64,000 nucleotides of DNA, from positions 4,079,897-4,143,896 of the forward strand of contig NW_003314265.1 in NCBI RefSeq assembly GCF_000143415.4, given 5' to 3'. Below are positions 37,856-51,603 of this stretch, piece after piece. The position numbers were made by a program, and so were the translations under genes. The notes beneath the pieces are model-generated. The model was not told where the DNA came from and made no database searches. It worked only from the letters and a program-made list of their open reading frames with translations. Position 1 is the first letter of the stretch, and each line of letters opens with the position of its first letter. This stretch comes from Selaginella moellendorffii (lineage: Eukaryota; Plantae; Lycopodiophyta).

Positions 37856-37947
37856 CCAACACTAAGGAAATTGCTCCTATTTTTCTTCAAAACTTCTTTT
37901 AATGTTTACTCAAGTTTTTTTGTCATTTTTATGCAAACATATAAATC

Positions 37948-40900
37948 ATGCCACAACAGGAAGAAGCATGCCTGTCAACCTCAATGGACCTGTTCTCTAG
38001 GAAAATGACTAGATCGTTGTGCTACATTCACTAGGGACATCTTACAAGTTCAAGGCACTGCTTCAGACCATGGTGGGAGCAATGGTGTCTAGATCCAAGC
38101 AAAGGTTGATCCTAATCCAGGTGTTAGCATGCAAAAGCCAGATGGTTCTAGAGAGCACAAAAATGCAAAACCTATCTATAGCACAGGAGAAGCTGTTGGT
38201 GGTGGTGGAAATGAGGCACCTAGTGCCATAGGTGGGGGGGGGGGGGGGGGGGGGGGGGCCAAACTTGGTGGTATTAATGAGGCACTTGGTGCTATAGGTG
38301 GTGGGGCACATCTTGGTGGTGGAAATGGTTGACATGCTCCTACTCCTGAAGGTCACAGAAATGAGGTGGTAACTATGCTAGAGGCCAACACAATCTTGAA
38401 TGAGCAAGTACACAAGACTATTGTCTAGGCTCAAGAATGAACTATCAGTAGGGTGTTAGGTAAAATAGCTTGGAAAGGATCCCAACATCTTCAGATTCCA
38501 CTTTGCCGTCTTAAGTAGAGTCATTGGGTATGCTTAGCCTATGACCTCAATATGGCTATTTATACCTCTTTCACAGATATTGGATTTGAGCACACTGCTC
38601 ATTTATTGTGTTGTCATCATACCCTAGAACAAATCTTATAGATATAGTTACTTGCAAAATTGAGCAAACTTGGGATCAGATATGGCAGAGGAAATCTCAA
38701 GATTTTGATACTTTGATGGCATGCCATAAGGAGACACAAGCCTTTGTAAGCTGGATGTTCTTTATTATTGATGGAAACCACTAGTGGCTAGTGTTTTAAA
38801 GGTGTATCCAAGAGAAGTTCTAGAATGATGACAAGTGACATATTTGTGTTTCAGTGACACTTGTGGAGCCAAAAAATCGAAACCAAATTGTGAGGCTCAA
38901 CTTGGCATATCACAAGATCAACATATAAGAATCTCTTACTATTAACCTTTGTTCTCACCAACTATGTTACAGGTTTAATCAATTTGTTTTCCAAGCATAT
39001 ATATTGGTCCATGATATCAAGCACCTTTGATATGTTGGCATGCTTTCTCTCGAGAAAATCCAAATGTTGTATAGTCGTGAGGTTATAGAAGAAATTCAAG
39101 TAAAGCTTATACCATGTAAAGGCCAAGAGTTGCTTACTTGGTATCAAGTGTCTATGGATTTTTTGGTTGTGGTTTGGGCAAAGGTATCATTTTGTTGCAT
39201 GAACTTGTGTTTTCTACTCATAAGTTTTCCTTTTAGCTAGTTGTCAATGCAGAGCAAAACTCATATTTGAAGATTACGCAAGTGATGGATGAGGACCTTG
39301 AACTGCGACAAATTGAGCAGGGCATTTTGAACTCGAAGAAATCAAAGGTGAATATGCTACTTACAATTGTGGACATCCGACACAATAAAGATTGGCTGGA
39401 TTGTATTGTAGAGATATGCTCTCATGGCAATAAGTTAATACCTTTTATCTTTCTCATTGCACTTTGAAATCCTTTTCCTTGAAGGAAATGGTAAAGCACC
39501 TAAAGAATTGATCTATAACATCGCAAAAAGTAAACTTTCCTTCAACGAACAAACCTCTTGCTTGGAGCTCCTCAACACTTATCATCATAACAATGATAAG
39601 AGGTTGGAGAGCAAATTTGAGAATGTGATGAAGGAAAAGTTCTATATCATTCAGAGTATTGTGGCTGCTAAGGAGCTACTTCAAGCATGGAATATGAAGT
39701 TCCTTATTAGAGCCCGCACCGGCATAACACTTCCAGAATATGTCTGAGTTTCCCTTCAAGAGTTTAAGGATGGATGGCTTCCTAATGGCAGCTCAAGCTC
39801 ATGACATATAGGTATATTGCAAGAAATTGACTTGCTTATTTAATCATGGCTCTTTTATAGGTATTTAAATCATTGCCCAGGTGTTCCAATATACACAGCA
39901 AGTGTTTTTCTCAAGCTCTTAACTGATGGGAAGAAGTTTGGCATGTATGAAGCAAAGTTCTATTGTCCCACTACGTGGGAGTGAGAACTTTGTCCATGGT
40001 ACTTAAAGTAGTGGAGCCAAATGCCATTGTCACCTTTTGAACTTGATCTCTACCTTGAGTGTTATCTAGGTTTGATGAGTAAAACTTCCTAGCAGTAACT
40101 TATATTTTTACTTTATTGTAAAGGCACTTTTGAAGGGAGTGGAGATGCCTTAGGACAGGGACGAGATTCATATTGAGCAGACCGAAGAGGAACAAGTGAA
40201 AAACTCTCCTATCCCATCTCATCCTATAGCAATTGCTCATTCCCTAGATCCTACTACTGCTACTCGTCTAGCCCCGATTGCTCGAAATGTACGAAGGCAG
40301 CTCTATAGTAAGGACGTCCAAGAGAGTAAGAACTTAATTTCCAATGACCTTGCTTATTGTAATTTGGTTGTAGATGTTGGAGAAACCAATTAGAACTCTA
40401 TACATCGACATACAAATGCATTCTTTCCATCCCTCCCCACTACTACAAAGGATGACCTCCAAGAGTTATCTTCATTAGCTTCACATAAACAGGAATGAAA
40501 AAAAAAATGTATTAACTTTAATATTTCCCAATTTTGAACACTATTTAGGTTCACCCCCTTTCTCCTATGGGAAGTGTTGGCAATGTGGAAATAGTTATTG
40601 GGGACTACTTTTAGCTTTCCAACAACGTGAGCTGAGAGTTTTTTATGTTCTATAAATGGATGCGAGGATTGGGAATGAACAATACCTTCAGCATTGACCT
40701 CGCATTCTTCGACTTGCCTGATGGGTTACCACCTTTACAAGGCGACACTCCATCCTAGAACATCCTTCAACCAAACCATATTTCTTAAGTGGTGGATGTG
40801 GCATCCAAGGTGTTGCGATATAAGGGCATTATGCTAGTCATTCATCCCTGTTCTTTATTTTAGGGAGGTCTTCTTGCAACGATGGCAGAGAATGATGACT

Positions 40901-41585
40901 CTAGATTGGCTGAGTTTGCATCAGGCTGCCTATTCTCAAATATCCTAGTTGAAACAAAAGGAGTAGATGGCCGAATCCAAAAGGTTTGCATTTCCTTATT
41001 TTTCCATATCTTAAATTGATTGCCTCTTTTCATTGTAGGTTTTAGCATGGAACTACCATGCTCTCTACTGCTACTCTTGCTATCACAGTAATACACAAGC
41101 TGATGAGCGTACATGTTTGGCATTGCTAGGATATGATAGCTCAATAGATATCATCCTAAAAATCATCAACAAGGACTATCATATAGAGTTTCCTAGCTAT
41201 CAACACTGTTCACCAAAGGCCATGTAAATCCTCCTAGAGTTGTTTTATCCTCCTAAGAGGATTTTGCTTGATGTTACAGTGGGTTTTGGTTCGATGGTGC
41301 TAGCAGTTAAAGAGACTGGCTATGCAGTTTTTGCACTAGAGAAGGAGAGTGCATTTGAAGGTGTTCTTGGGACATTTCCTAACAGGTGATAATAAAGTAT
41401 AAATTTCTCATGATAGTAATTCCATCATGGTTGTGTATATTAGGTGGATCGATGACGTGGGTTATAATTTGCCATATTATGCAGAAGCAATGGCACAAGC
41501 TCATATATAATAAAAGCCCACAATTAGAGAGTATAATACTATACAAACTCCTCCTTTTATGGATGTGGATGTCGAGGAAGACTAA
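37948..41585 (+). pseudogene. ParB-MTase pseudogene of copy 2
   Basis: FIIDGNH*W (~38761), IDLAFFDLPDG (~40693), LLDVTVGFGSM (~41263), C-terminal FMDVDVEED*; many stops. Confidence 0.88.
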
Positions 41586-42329
41586 GTTTAATTTTCTTTT
41601 TAGTCAAAATTTTTAGAGGTATTATAGAGTTTCTTCTTTGACTTATGATATTTATTTTCTTATTGGTTTTATATTATTTATCTTTTTCTTGGACTGAAAA
41701 TATGTCTTAAGTTTTGAATAGAATTGTTGGTTTGCCCCAAACCAATCATTTGAACATTAAATTTTGTATTTGATGGATTATATTGGCTTTCATTGACTTG
41801 AGCTCAGCTCAAAAACTACCTAGCCTTTGAGAAGTTCATGAACCCATACTACTTCTTGAGAAAAGAGCTTTACAACTTACTTTGCATTCATCGTTTATAT
41901 AGTTGAAATCAAGTATGTAATCGTTAACAACCAATCCATAACCCATCAAAGTGTCATAACCATACCACTTGGTCCTAAAACCATAGTCTTTACACTTGGT
42001 CAAAACATACACGAGCCTCATAGGTACTCCCCCCACCTTCTGTCTCTGGGTGCCCTAGCCATGTGGCTAGAGTGAGATTCTAATGAGCCACACCAAATAT
42101 CCAAGTAGGTAGTGTCAACCATACTTGGATTGGGAGTGTCAATTATCCGATCTCCTAGTGGAGCTAAAGGCAACTCTTGATTGCTTCACCAAGTTACCCC
42201 ACTTGTCCATCTATGTTCACTTTAGATTTGGACTCCTCAATGGTATTATGTGGGTGTAACCTTTCTGGGTTATATTAGCCTTTCTTGGACAAATTAATTC
42301 CACTAAAGTCTAACCCCCACACTCTCTCT

Positions 42330-42742
42330 ACTCGGACTCCATCTTGGACTTGATCTCAATCTCCATCTGGACTCCATCTTGAACTCCTTAGATTCCATCT
42401 TGGATATATCTCGGACTCTATTTTAGACTCTTTCTCAAACTCCATCTTAGACTCTATCTTGGATCCTTTCTCGAACTCCTTCTCAGATTTGGTCCTGACA
42501 CTTTCACCTATCATGACACTTGTTATGTGTTAATCCTTCTTGTATCTCTTTCTAGATACTCATTTATTGATCTCTTCGTGCTTGTTCCTTGAGCACATTG
42601 TTGGGAGTTCCACTCCCGCTCTCAAATTTTCAAGTCAAAACTTTTGATCCAAACATGTTATGCTCATTGGACTCCTGCTTCGACCACTACCATGTGACAC
42701 ACTCTTAGTTGCACTTTAGGGCTTAGGAATTTGTGTCTCACA
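42330..42742 (+). mobile_element. LTR 3' part with decayed 12-bp array (family of 1-362)
   Basis: Direct homology to 1-362, ending TGTCTCACA. Confidence 0.75.
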
Positions 42743-42857
42743 ACTCCACCACCCTTAAATGAAGTTTGATGTCCTCATCAAATGATAAATCATTTTATAA
42801 AGTAACCCTATCATAAATTATCAATTTCATCCTTAGCACCAAACTAATATTTATATT

Positions 42858-43022
42858 TGTTATGACCTAGTGCTAAAAACAAAGGTTTATTCTCCCTAGA
42901 CTATGTTATGCCTCTTTTTGAGGTTCCTCACCACCCAACCACCCTCAAGCTACCTCAAAAACTCCCCTCTCCACTGTGAGCCCTAGGGTAAATTAAGTTC
43001 CTTACCCTAATATATCTTAACA
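42858..43022. mobile_element. Partial copy of the short LTR at 23059-23356
   Basis: TGTTATGA...GTTCCTCACCACCCAACCACCC...CCACTGTGAGCCCTAGGGTA. Confidence 0.75.
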
Positions 43023-43953
43023 TCATATTGATTGATGTGTTTTGCTGTATCACCAACTTGCTACATCTCATTGCTTTGCATGCCACCTCTCCAACCCAGT
43101 CCTAGCCTACCATGCCATTTCACCCACCTGCCAGCCATGCCCACCTGCAATCAACCACACCTCACCCACCTAGTCCACCCATCATTTCTTTATTGCAATT
43201 TCCATTTTGTGTAGATGCCTCAAGAATTCATTAATGCTTGCACCATCCAACACTAGAAGACCAGTCCTATTGAGCAAGCAAATCATCTGGCCATAAATGT
43301 TGTAATTCCAATATATAGTGGCTGTAAAACCTGAAAATCCACTTGTGTGGCTTCAGGTGTGAGCCTCAAGACCAAACAAGAGAAAGTAGCAATCTTGGTG
43401 GTTGACAATGACATTGATCTCTGATTGCAGTGGAAATCTGGAAGGCCATTGGTATAGCAGGTATTCCCAGAATGGTTATGGAAATCAACATCAACCATTA
43501 TCATGGAAAGATACTGTGAAAAATCTATACATATAAAGTGATAGCAGGGAGGCCCACAGGCCATTGGATCCCAGGCCCGGGCCAGGGTCGGTAGCCATGG
43601 TTGCGCGAGAAATTTTTCTGATGTTATCCCTGGCCAGTGGGAGACCACCACAGCTCCAGTGTGCATTGGCTCCGAGTGAGGCAAGAAAGTTGCCAAACTT
43701 TCTGGGCTGCCAGATCCAGCCAATGGCAGCCGTCTGATGGGGGGTAACTGTAAAGAGGTTATTTATTTGACCATGCCCCAGCGAATAATCCCGCTGATGT
43801 TTGCTCCTGGCCAATGGGAGGCAGCCAAACTGCATGGGTTGGGAGAGGAAGGCACAGCAATGCGTGTTGCATGCAAGGTGTTGACTATGACTGCGCCCGT
43901 GGTCTGTCGAGCGAATTGGTTTTGTTTTGTAATGTTTTTCTAGGGCTTATGAG

Positions 43954-44529
43954 ATGGCGAGAGAGCCCCTGCGGCTGCTGCTGATTCGCGATCCAAATCT
44001 AAGGCGCTGTGTCAACGCTGCTGGAACGAGCCACGTCCTGGTACAATTTGTGTCATTTGTTTGTGCTTTCTTCCTTTTCTTCTTCTCAAATGATTCAACT
44101 CTTGGCATCTTTTCTTGCTATTTTCCTTCTTTTCCTGATTTGATTTTTGTGATACTGTGTGGTGTCTTTGCTCCTGAGAATCCCATTGAAAGTTTTCAGT
44201 TTCTTATGCTCTGAACTTAACAGTTTTCTTTACTTTTCTGGTTTTTCCTTCTGCAGGAGAAATACTGGCAACGAAACCATGATGCTCAAATCTCAAAGTC
44301 ATTCCAATCCATTGCTGATTTTGGGGGAGTGAGCAATGGGATCACACTTAACACCAAAGTGTTCCAGAAGGTGATCGAAGCAGGGAGGCACGATCGGATG
44401 CTTCTTTGGAGGGGAGATCGTGGCATGGCCGTGTACAGAGCTTGGATCACTGTGCACGGGGTGGTGTCCAAGGGCGTGCTTTACTGCTACTCAGACAGTG
44501 ACAAGCTTGCAGCGCTGGATCTCAAGTGA
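43954..44529 (+). pseudogene. Small two-exon chimeric ORF (43954-44040 and 44257-44529) containing a GH28 polygalacturonase-like N-terminal fragment
   Basis: GT-AG intron in phase 0; SIADFGGVSNGITLNTKVFQKVI resembles the plant GH28 motif S(I/V).DFGG.GDG.TLNT.AF..AI. Confidence 0.55.
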
Positions 44530-44630
44530 GAACCATGCGAAAGATCTTGAGAGCTCTGGAGCTATGGCCGTTTCGAGCATAAGCAGTGATCATTGCAGTC
44601 CATGAAACAATGTTGCATTTCTTCATGGAG

Positions 44631-44700
44631 TTAAAAGACAGTCAGTGCGTCTTCAAGGCTTCCACACTTACCATACATGTCCACCAGCACATTCTCTGGC
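44631..44700 (-). pseudogene. Isolated PPR (PLS-class) motif fragment
   Basis: NVLVDMYGKCGSLEDALTVF. Confidence 0.8.
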
Positions 44701-44898
44701 CCATGGTGATGGGAAATGTGGTATGGTTGGCATGAAATTTGCCAACCACCCAGCATTTGCTGGGCAATTGCCAGTGAGTGATAAAAAAAGACATTTGCAA
44801 TGGCAATGGCAATGTGGCTCCCCACTAAAAGTGGGGCCCAAGAAGTCTTTTCAGAACAGAAAGGAAAAAATACATATAATGTATTTTGTAATAATTAC

Positions 44899-45560
44899 TC
44901 AAATTGCATCTTTAGGAACAAACATCGCTTCAAACAGCCATGAATCAACAAAAGCTAAAATGTTATCTTTACCAATAACACCAAGCAAAGCTTTTGTGCC
45001 GAGATCCTTCTTTTCACCTCTTTTAATAGAAGCTTGACTGCTGCATGCTTCCTCCCTCAAATAGAAGTTACATAGCTGCTGCTCCAGATTGACGAAGTCT
45101 GTAGAAACCACGAGTTTAATACACCCATTACAAGCTAACTCTCGAAGAGAGTTAGCACCAGCGACTTCAGTTGGGGTCAGTGTACTCTTGTGTTGGAAAA
45201 GCTTGTTCAGATCCAAGGTATAAAAAGCATTATTGACAGTACCCTACAATAAAAGAAAAAAGTCCAATTACATCAAAAGATGACAATGTTGCTTACCTGG
45301 TCAAGCGTCTTACTTGTCTTAACTTGCACGAGAACGGGAATAAGCTGCGAGGTAGAGTAAGCAGTGTCAGTCTCTGAGACTTGTCCTTGACCACCTCCAT
45401 CTCCCTCCGACATGTCTAGAAAAAACAAGGCGTCTGGCCCAAATCCGGATTCTCCTGTCCATAAAACGGATGGGAAGACGTCCCTCTCCTTGACGGCATT
45501 GATGTACTCCTGCAAAGTATATCTTGATGCGTTGACATCATGCACATCCGAGCCTTTATG
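44899..45560 (-). CDS. 3' end of a paralog of the CR NTPase-REase gene, cut by the gap
   Basis: Near-identical to 25536-26225, with the same last intron and small in-frame deletions. Confidence 0.8.
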
Positions 45561-45660
45561 NNNNNNNNNNNNNNNNNNNNNNNNNNNNNNNNNNNNNNNN
45601 NNNNNNNNNNNNNNNNNNNNNNNNNNNNNNNNNNNNNNNNNNNNNNNNNNNNNNNNNNNN
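45561..45660. other. Assembly gap (100 N)
   Basis: Run of n. Confidence 1.
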
Positions 45661-45663
45661 ATT

Positions 45664-45834
45664 TGTTGGGGGAAGGAGGGGTTCCTCCCCCAACGCTCGC
45701 TCAAACATGATGGAATGTATCAATGCTCTTTGCAAAATGCCCCCCCTTCGCAGTTGGGGCATTTTGCAAAGAGCATTGAAGCATTTCTTATGTTTGAGCG
45801 AGGGTTGGGGGAGGAACCCTTCCTTCCCCCAACA
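45664..45834. repeat. Fold-back of two inverted half-LTRs of the A/B family
   Basis: TGTTGGGGGAAGG...GCAAAATGCCCC, short loop, GGGGCATTTTGC...CCTTCCCCCAACA. Confidence 0.9.
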
Positions 45835-45956
45835 TATGTAGAAACTTTTTTAGTAGATCTGAAGTGACTTATATAAGATTAGTTGGATACCACTATTCGG
45901 TAAGAATATTGTATGTATATTCAATTATTGATAGAGGCATGTATGCAGCTAGCAAG

Positions 45957-48900
45957 ATGGTGAAAAGGAACCATATTGATGATGCTGAAACCTCTAGACG
46001 GGTGAATCAAGAATAGGAAACTCTTGCTAGAGATGCTGCAGAAGAGGTTAAGGCTGAGTCAGAGGAGGAAGAGACTGATGCTATGGCACTCCAACATACA
46101 GCTCAAGAAGTTGAGATCAAGAATTTGCAAAGAGAAATTCGTAAGTTGAAGAAGGAGAACAAAAAAAGGAAGAAAAAAGTTGAGGCAGCTAAACTAGCTA
46201 AACCTATGCAACCAAACTCCTCTTCAAGTTCTAAGGATGATGAAGTTTTGCAACCACCTCTGGTTGCATAAGTTTCAAAGTTCAAGCCTCTAAAACCACC
46301 CAATTTCATAGGTATTGTGGGATTATCAAGTTTTGGAAAATTGGGTCTATGATATGGAAAATTATTTCATAGCAGCAGACATAAATAATCATACGAAAGT
46401 TTTATGTGAGCAATCCTTTCTCACCAATCATTCCAAAACATGGTGGTGCCAGATGTGTGTTGAAAAAGAACAAACTAGATGGACTAAGATGCAGTCTCGT
46501 ATCCATAAGGAATACTTGTCAGATTATCTTAGTTTGAGACTTTGCACAAAGTTGCAATGGTTAAAGAAGTGAGAGAACTTTATGCATTATGTTAATGCGT
46601 TTGCTCAGAAGCATATTATGATTGTAAATACGAGTGAAGAAGATGCTAGAAGTTATTTCCTAGAAAGTTTAAGTTCACTTTCTCATAATGAAATTTTGAA
46701 GTTCAAACCAAAGATATACCTAAAGTGTAAGGAGGTAGTATAGCAAGTTGCCTTTAATCACTTACTTATGGAACAGTATCAGCAGCCATATGCTAGTACC
46801 TTGAACAAGAATAAGAACTTTACAAATAAACAAGGTAATTGAAAATAAAGGTGGAAGAAAAGTTCCACCTTGGAGGCTCACAAGGAACAATTAATAAAAG
46901 TGGTGGTTGGCAACCACCAGCAACTTCTTTTAGTCCTAGGCCCTCTATTCCTTTTCTTAGTGGGTACAAACAGTAGCAAGTTATGAAACCTGTTCCTAGC
47001 GGAATAGATAGTGTGGGTTATTGCTTCCATTGTGGAGAGATAGGAGATAGGTCTTTGGAATGTCCCAACAAGCATAAAACAAAGTCTCGTGTTACTATAT
47101 GAGGGAAGACGGTGGCGGTGAAGCTAAAGAGGTTGATGAGTTGGTCAATGTAAACTATGAGGAAGAAGAGGTGAGTTACTTTCATTACTTTCTTCAAGCT
47201 TTTCTTGTAGTCAATGCAAACACTAATCTGTTGATGTATCTCATAGGCTTTGTCTGTAGACATTGAATCCGAATGATGATTGACATAGCAACTATGCACA
47301 ACGTGATATCTAAAGACTTAGTAGAGTTGTGAGGATTGAAAGTTAAGCAAATGCTGCCCATACACTTCCGGTTTGCAAAAGTTAGGCAAGTACCTAGAAG
47401 ATTTGTGAGTGATGTTCCAATAAAAATATTCAAGTGAAAAGAAAGAGTGGATTTGGTAGTGTTAAAGATATGAGATTTTCAAATGGTGTTTAGTATGGAT
47501 TTTTTCAACAAATATATCAAAAGGATTTATGGTGTTGAACAAAGTCACATCATATTGAGGTCAGAAGGACGTCTTAATTGCAAAAGTGCTCCTCAAGAAT
47601 TGAGATGCTAAACTTTTGACTATAAGAGTCGCTCAAAAAGCAGTTAAAAAGGGATGTCAAACTTTTTGGGTTCAAGTGATGGAAACTGAGGGTGATGGTG
47701 ACTCAATTCAAATCGATAATAGGGTTGATCCTATACCAAAGGAAATATTGAAGTTGTTAGCAAGGAATTAGGATATCTTTTTGAAGGATTTGCCACAAGG
47801 GCTACCTCCTAGCCATGAGGTTGATCATTAGATTGAGATTATTTTGGGTTCTAAACCACGTACAAAGGCTTCATATTGTCTGAATGTCAAGGAGATGGCT
47901 GAACTCAAGAAGCAACTCATAGAGCTTCTTGATAAAAGTCATATCCGACCAAACAAATCACTTTATAAAGCGTCAATCCTTTTTATTATAAAAAAGGATG
48001 GTACCATGAGGATATGTATTGATTATCAAACACTTAACAAGATCATAGTCAAAAATAGTTATCCTTTGTCTTGCATTGATGATTTATTTAACCAACTTTT
48101 AAAAGCTAAGTATTTTAGACTTGATTTGCAGTCTGGATATCATCAAATACGGGTGGTAGATCAGGATGTGGAGAAAATAGCCTTTAAGACTCGGTATGAA
48201 TCCTATAAGTTCCTTGTCATACCGTTTGGGTTATGTAATGCTCCAACAATGCTCAGCACAATGATGGATAGAATATTTAGAGATTATTTGGACACATTTG
48301 TTATCCTATATATTGATAATGTTTTAGTCTTTAGTGAAATGTTAGAGGATCATTTGAAACATTTGGAGCTGGTGTTTCAAAAGTTGCATGAACACAAACT
48401 ATATGCTAAAGAAAGTAAATGCAATTATGGACAATTGCACATGAACTTTCTTAGACATATAGTTGGTGGTGGCATAATTGAGGTGGATACAAAAAAGGTG
48501 GAAGTAGTGAAGTCGTGGGAAGCCTCGACCACTATATCAAATATTCGTTCCTTTCTCAATTTGGTGGGATAATATCACAAGTTTGTTTGCAATTTTGCAA
48601 GAATTACTCTTCTGCTGACTAAGTTAATAAAGAGTAATATACTATTTCATTAAACACTAGCTTTTCAACATGCTTTTATATGGTTGAAGGAGATATTGAT
48701 TACAGTTCCTGTTCTTAGGATCCTAAATCACGATAAACCCTTTGAAGTGCATTGTGATGCATTTAGCTATGCTACAGGTGCCATGTTATAGCAAAATTAT
48801 GACAATGTGGTTGGTGTTATACTAAGGCAACATGGTTGTCCTATTGCATTGTATTCTAAGAAATTGAATGAAGCCTAACGAAAATGGCTAACACACGAGA

Positions 48901-50662
48901 AAGAAATGTTTGCTGTAGTGTTAGCATTGGAACATTAAAAACACTATTTGGGTTGATATACTTAGGTTTATATAAATAGTAACACACTGAGCTACTTTGC
49001 TACGTAGCTAAAGCTTATGCCTAAGCAAGCTCATTGGCAAGAGAGGCTCGCTATATTCAATATTGAAATCATTTATAAACTTGGTAAAGACAATATTATT
49101 CTGGATGGGTTGAGTGTCATGCTCAATTCCAAGCAATGTTGGCAACTAGTTCATACTAGTTAAAGGATGTTTGGGCTTCATATCAAAGTGATCCATTGGC
49201 AAAGGGAATCTTGCACCATGCAGAGCTGTCAAAGTAGAACCATGAAGGAGCAAAAGTTGTTAATCGCACCAATGCGAAGCTTAACTTCTCAATTTGAGAT
49301 GGGGCTTATTTTTTATAAGCAAGAAAGATTGTACCTTCCTTTTAAAGATTTGCAATAGTTGTTTCTGTAGGAATATCATGATGTCCCGATAATAGGATAT
49401 GGTGGAAAATAAAAGACTCTTGCTTCATTGCCTTCTACCCATTTGATTGATTATTTTGCATCTTTTGCTTAGTTGCCTCATAGTTGTCAAGTACAAAAAG
49501 GGATTTTTTTGGTTTGGTATGGAAGGTGATGTAGTGGATTATGTCCATTCTTGCTTTATATACCAGAAAAGTAAGCATAAAACTAAGAAGTAGGCTGGGA
49601 AATTGTAGTGCATTCCAACATCGACATGGCCATTTCAAAGTATGACACTTGACTTTGTCACTTGCTTGCTGAAGTCCAAAAGTTATGGCACTTTGATGGT
49701 GGTTGTGGATCGGTTGTCAAAGATTGCACACTTCATTCCAACTGCGGAAATAGTGAATACGAAGCAAGTAGCAAAGCTCTTTTTTCATGAAGTAATATGG
49801 GTTTATGGTCTTTCAAAAGAGATGAGCTCGAATAGAGATTCGAGATTTATGGGGAAATTTTAGGGCACACTGTTTCAGTTGTTCAGTACCAAGTTGAAGT
49901 TTAGTATAGCTTATCATTCTCAAATTGATGGACAGATCGAATGTGTAAATTCTCAAGTTGAGGATTTTCTATAGTATTATATTATGGTGGACTAATGTGA
50001 CTAGGTTGAGCATTTGGACACAACAGAAATCTGTTATAACACATTTTTATAGCACTATTGGCTATTCTTTATGGGAGATGCTGCAAAGGAATGCTCGTGA
50101 GGTTCTTCAATAGATTATTGTACCAAGACCAATGTCCAAAGTGTTGGTCCCAACCATTGAGACTTATGTGAGTAGCTATGCCAAGGTTGGTCTAGAGCTA
50201 CTGAGGCAATGCACAAAGCTCAGGATAGATATCAACATGATAAGGATCAACATCGTCGGGATGTATCCTATCAAGTGGGAGATCAGGTATAGATATCTCC
50301 CCAGAACTTGAATGTTAAGTGATCTTTGTCTCGGAAGTTGTTACCAAAATTGAAACAAATTGGTAATGTATCCTATCAGTTGGATCTTTTTGCGAAAATG
50401 TCCAATATTCATAATGTATTTCATACCAATTTACATTATGGATGTTACATGTCAAAGGGAGATTCATCCACCACCAGAAGTTGAACTTGAATATGAAGTT
50501 GAAAGCATTTTATCATGTCTTTAGAAACGTGGTGGTTGTACCAAAGTATATTTAGTTAAATGGAAAGGTTACCCATCTTATGAATCAACTTAGGAGCCTC
50601 TTAGTAATCTTACGCATACCTGTGAGTTCGTCACAGAGTATGAGAATTGTAATAAAGAATAG
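45957..50662 (+). pseudogene. pol: gag-pol of chromovirus C (gag, protease, RT, RNase H, integrase, chromodomain); heavily decayed
   Basis: CCHC-like CFHCGEIGDRSLEC; LDLQSGYHQIR; PFGLCNAP; YIDN; LMVVVDRLSKIAHFIP; chromodomain YEVESIL...YLVKWKGYPSYEST*EP. Confidence 0.92.
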
Positions 50663-51603
50663 CTTTTGTAAATATTATAATAAATATTGCAAATCAATAA
50701 AGTAATATATTTCTATCAAATCAAAGTTTCATTTATCTCGTTTGTTAGTTCTTGGGTTAGTTTGTGTAAGATGACTTCAGCACTTCAGTGCATGGGTACA
50801 ATTTATAACCATGGGGATAACTAGTATAGATTGATCACAAGTCCCCACCTCTCTCTCATTGACACATTTTTGAAAAGGGACATGGTCATATAAATAAATT
50901 CATGTGTTTCCCACATAGTATACTTTCCGTTAACTTTCAGAGTTGTTTCTTTGACGGTTTGCTAGACTTGGGTATGCATCATTGAAGATGTCAATCTTCC
51001 TTAAGGGGGGGTGAGTGTCACAAATGTGACTTTGGGTATTGAAAGGTACTTATTGACCAATCCTTACGAACACTTTCACCTTATTGCCACACTAACAGGA
51101 GGTTGGTATTACTGGTTCCCTTTATACTCTCCACCCAAGCTAGTTGAAAAACTAGTCATCACATGTGGACTTGACTAGATGAGCATAAGGACAAAATTTC
51201 TAAATATTATTAGTCAAATATACTTGACCTAGTTAGAGAAACTCATTCATTGACATGCACTTACTAGCTTTGGGAACCCCCACAATATTGAGTCTAGTCC
51301 CTCAATATCATTATATGGTAGCTTACCATGTTCGTCAGACACCCTTGCTATCATGCTTTATGTATTGGTTCCATTCCAAATCTATATACTATTTATGGTA
51401 AATGTCTAGAGGCATATCTACTAAATGTAGAGAGTGTTTTGAACCCTATAGTGTTGTTTCTGCTCTCTAATTTGCAAGCTAGCACAATTCCATATTTAGT
51501 AAGTTTTCACACTTGTCCCAAAGACTAACTCCTGGTACTAAGGGAGGCTAGGGGTGAAAGCCCAAAATGTATGTTCCTCAAGGGGAGAGGGGGGAGGGGA
51601 AAG

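Larger units (their letters stand above)
34513..41821. mobile_element. Second, decayed and left-truncated copy of the transposase/ParB-MTase TIR transposon
   Basis: Colinear with ~11380-18652; right TIR TGAGCTCAGCTCAAAAACTACCT ends at 41821, followed by AGCCT; spans an N gap. Confidence 0.88.
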
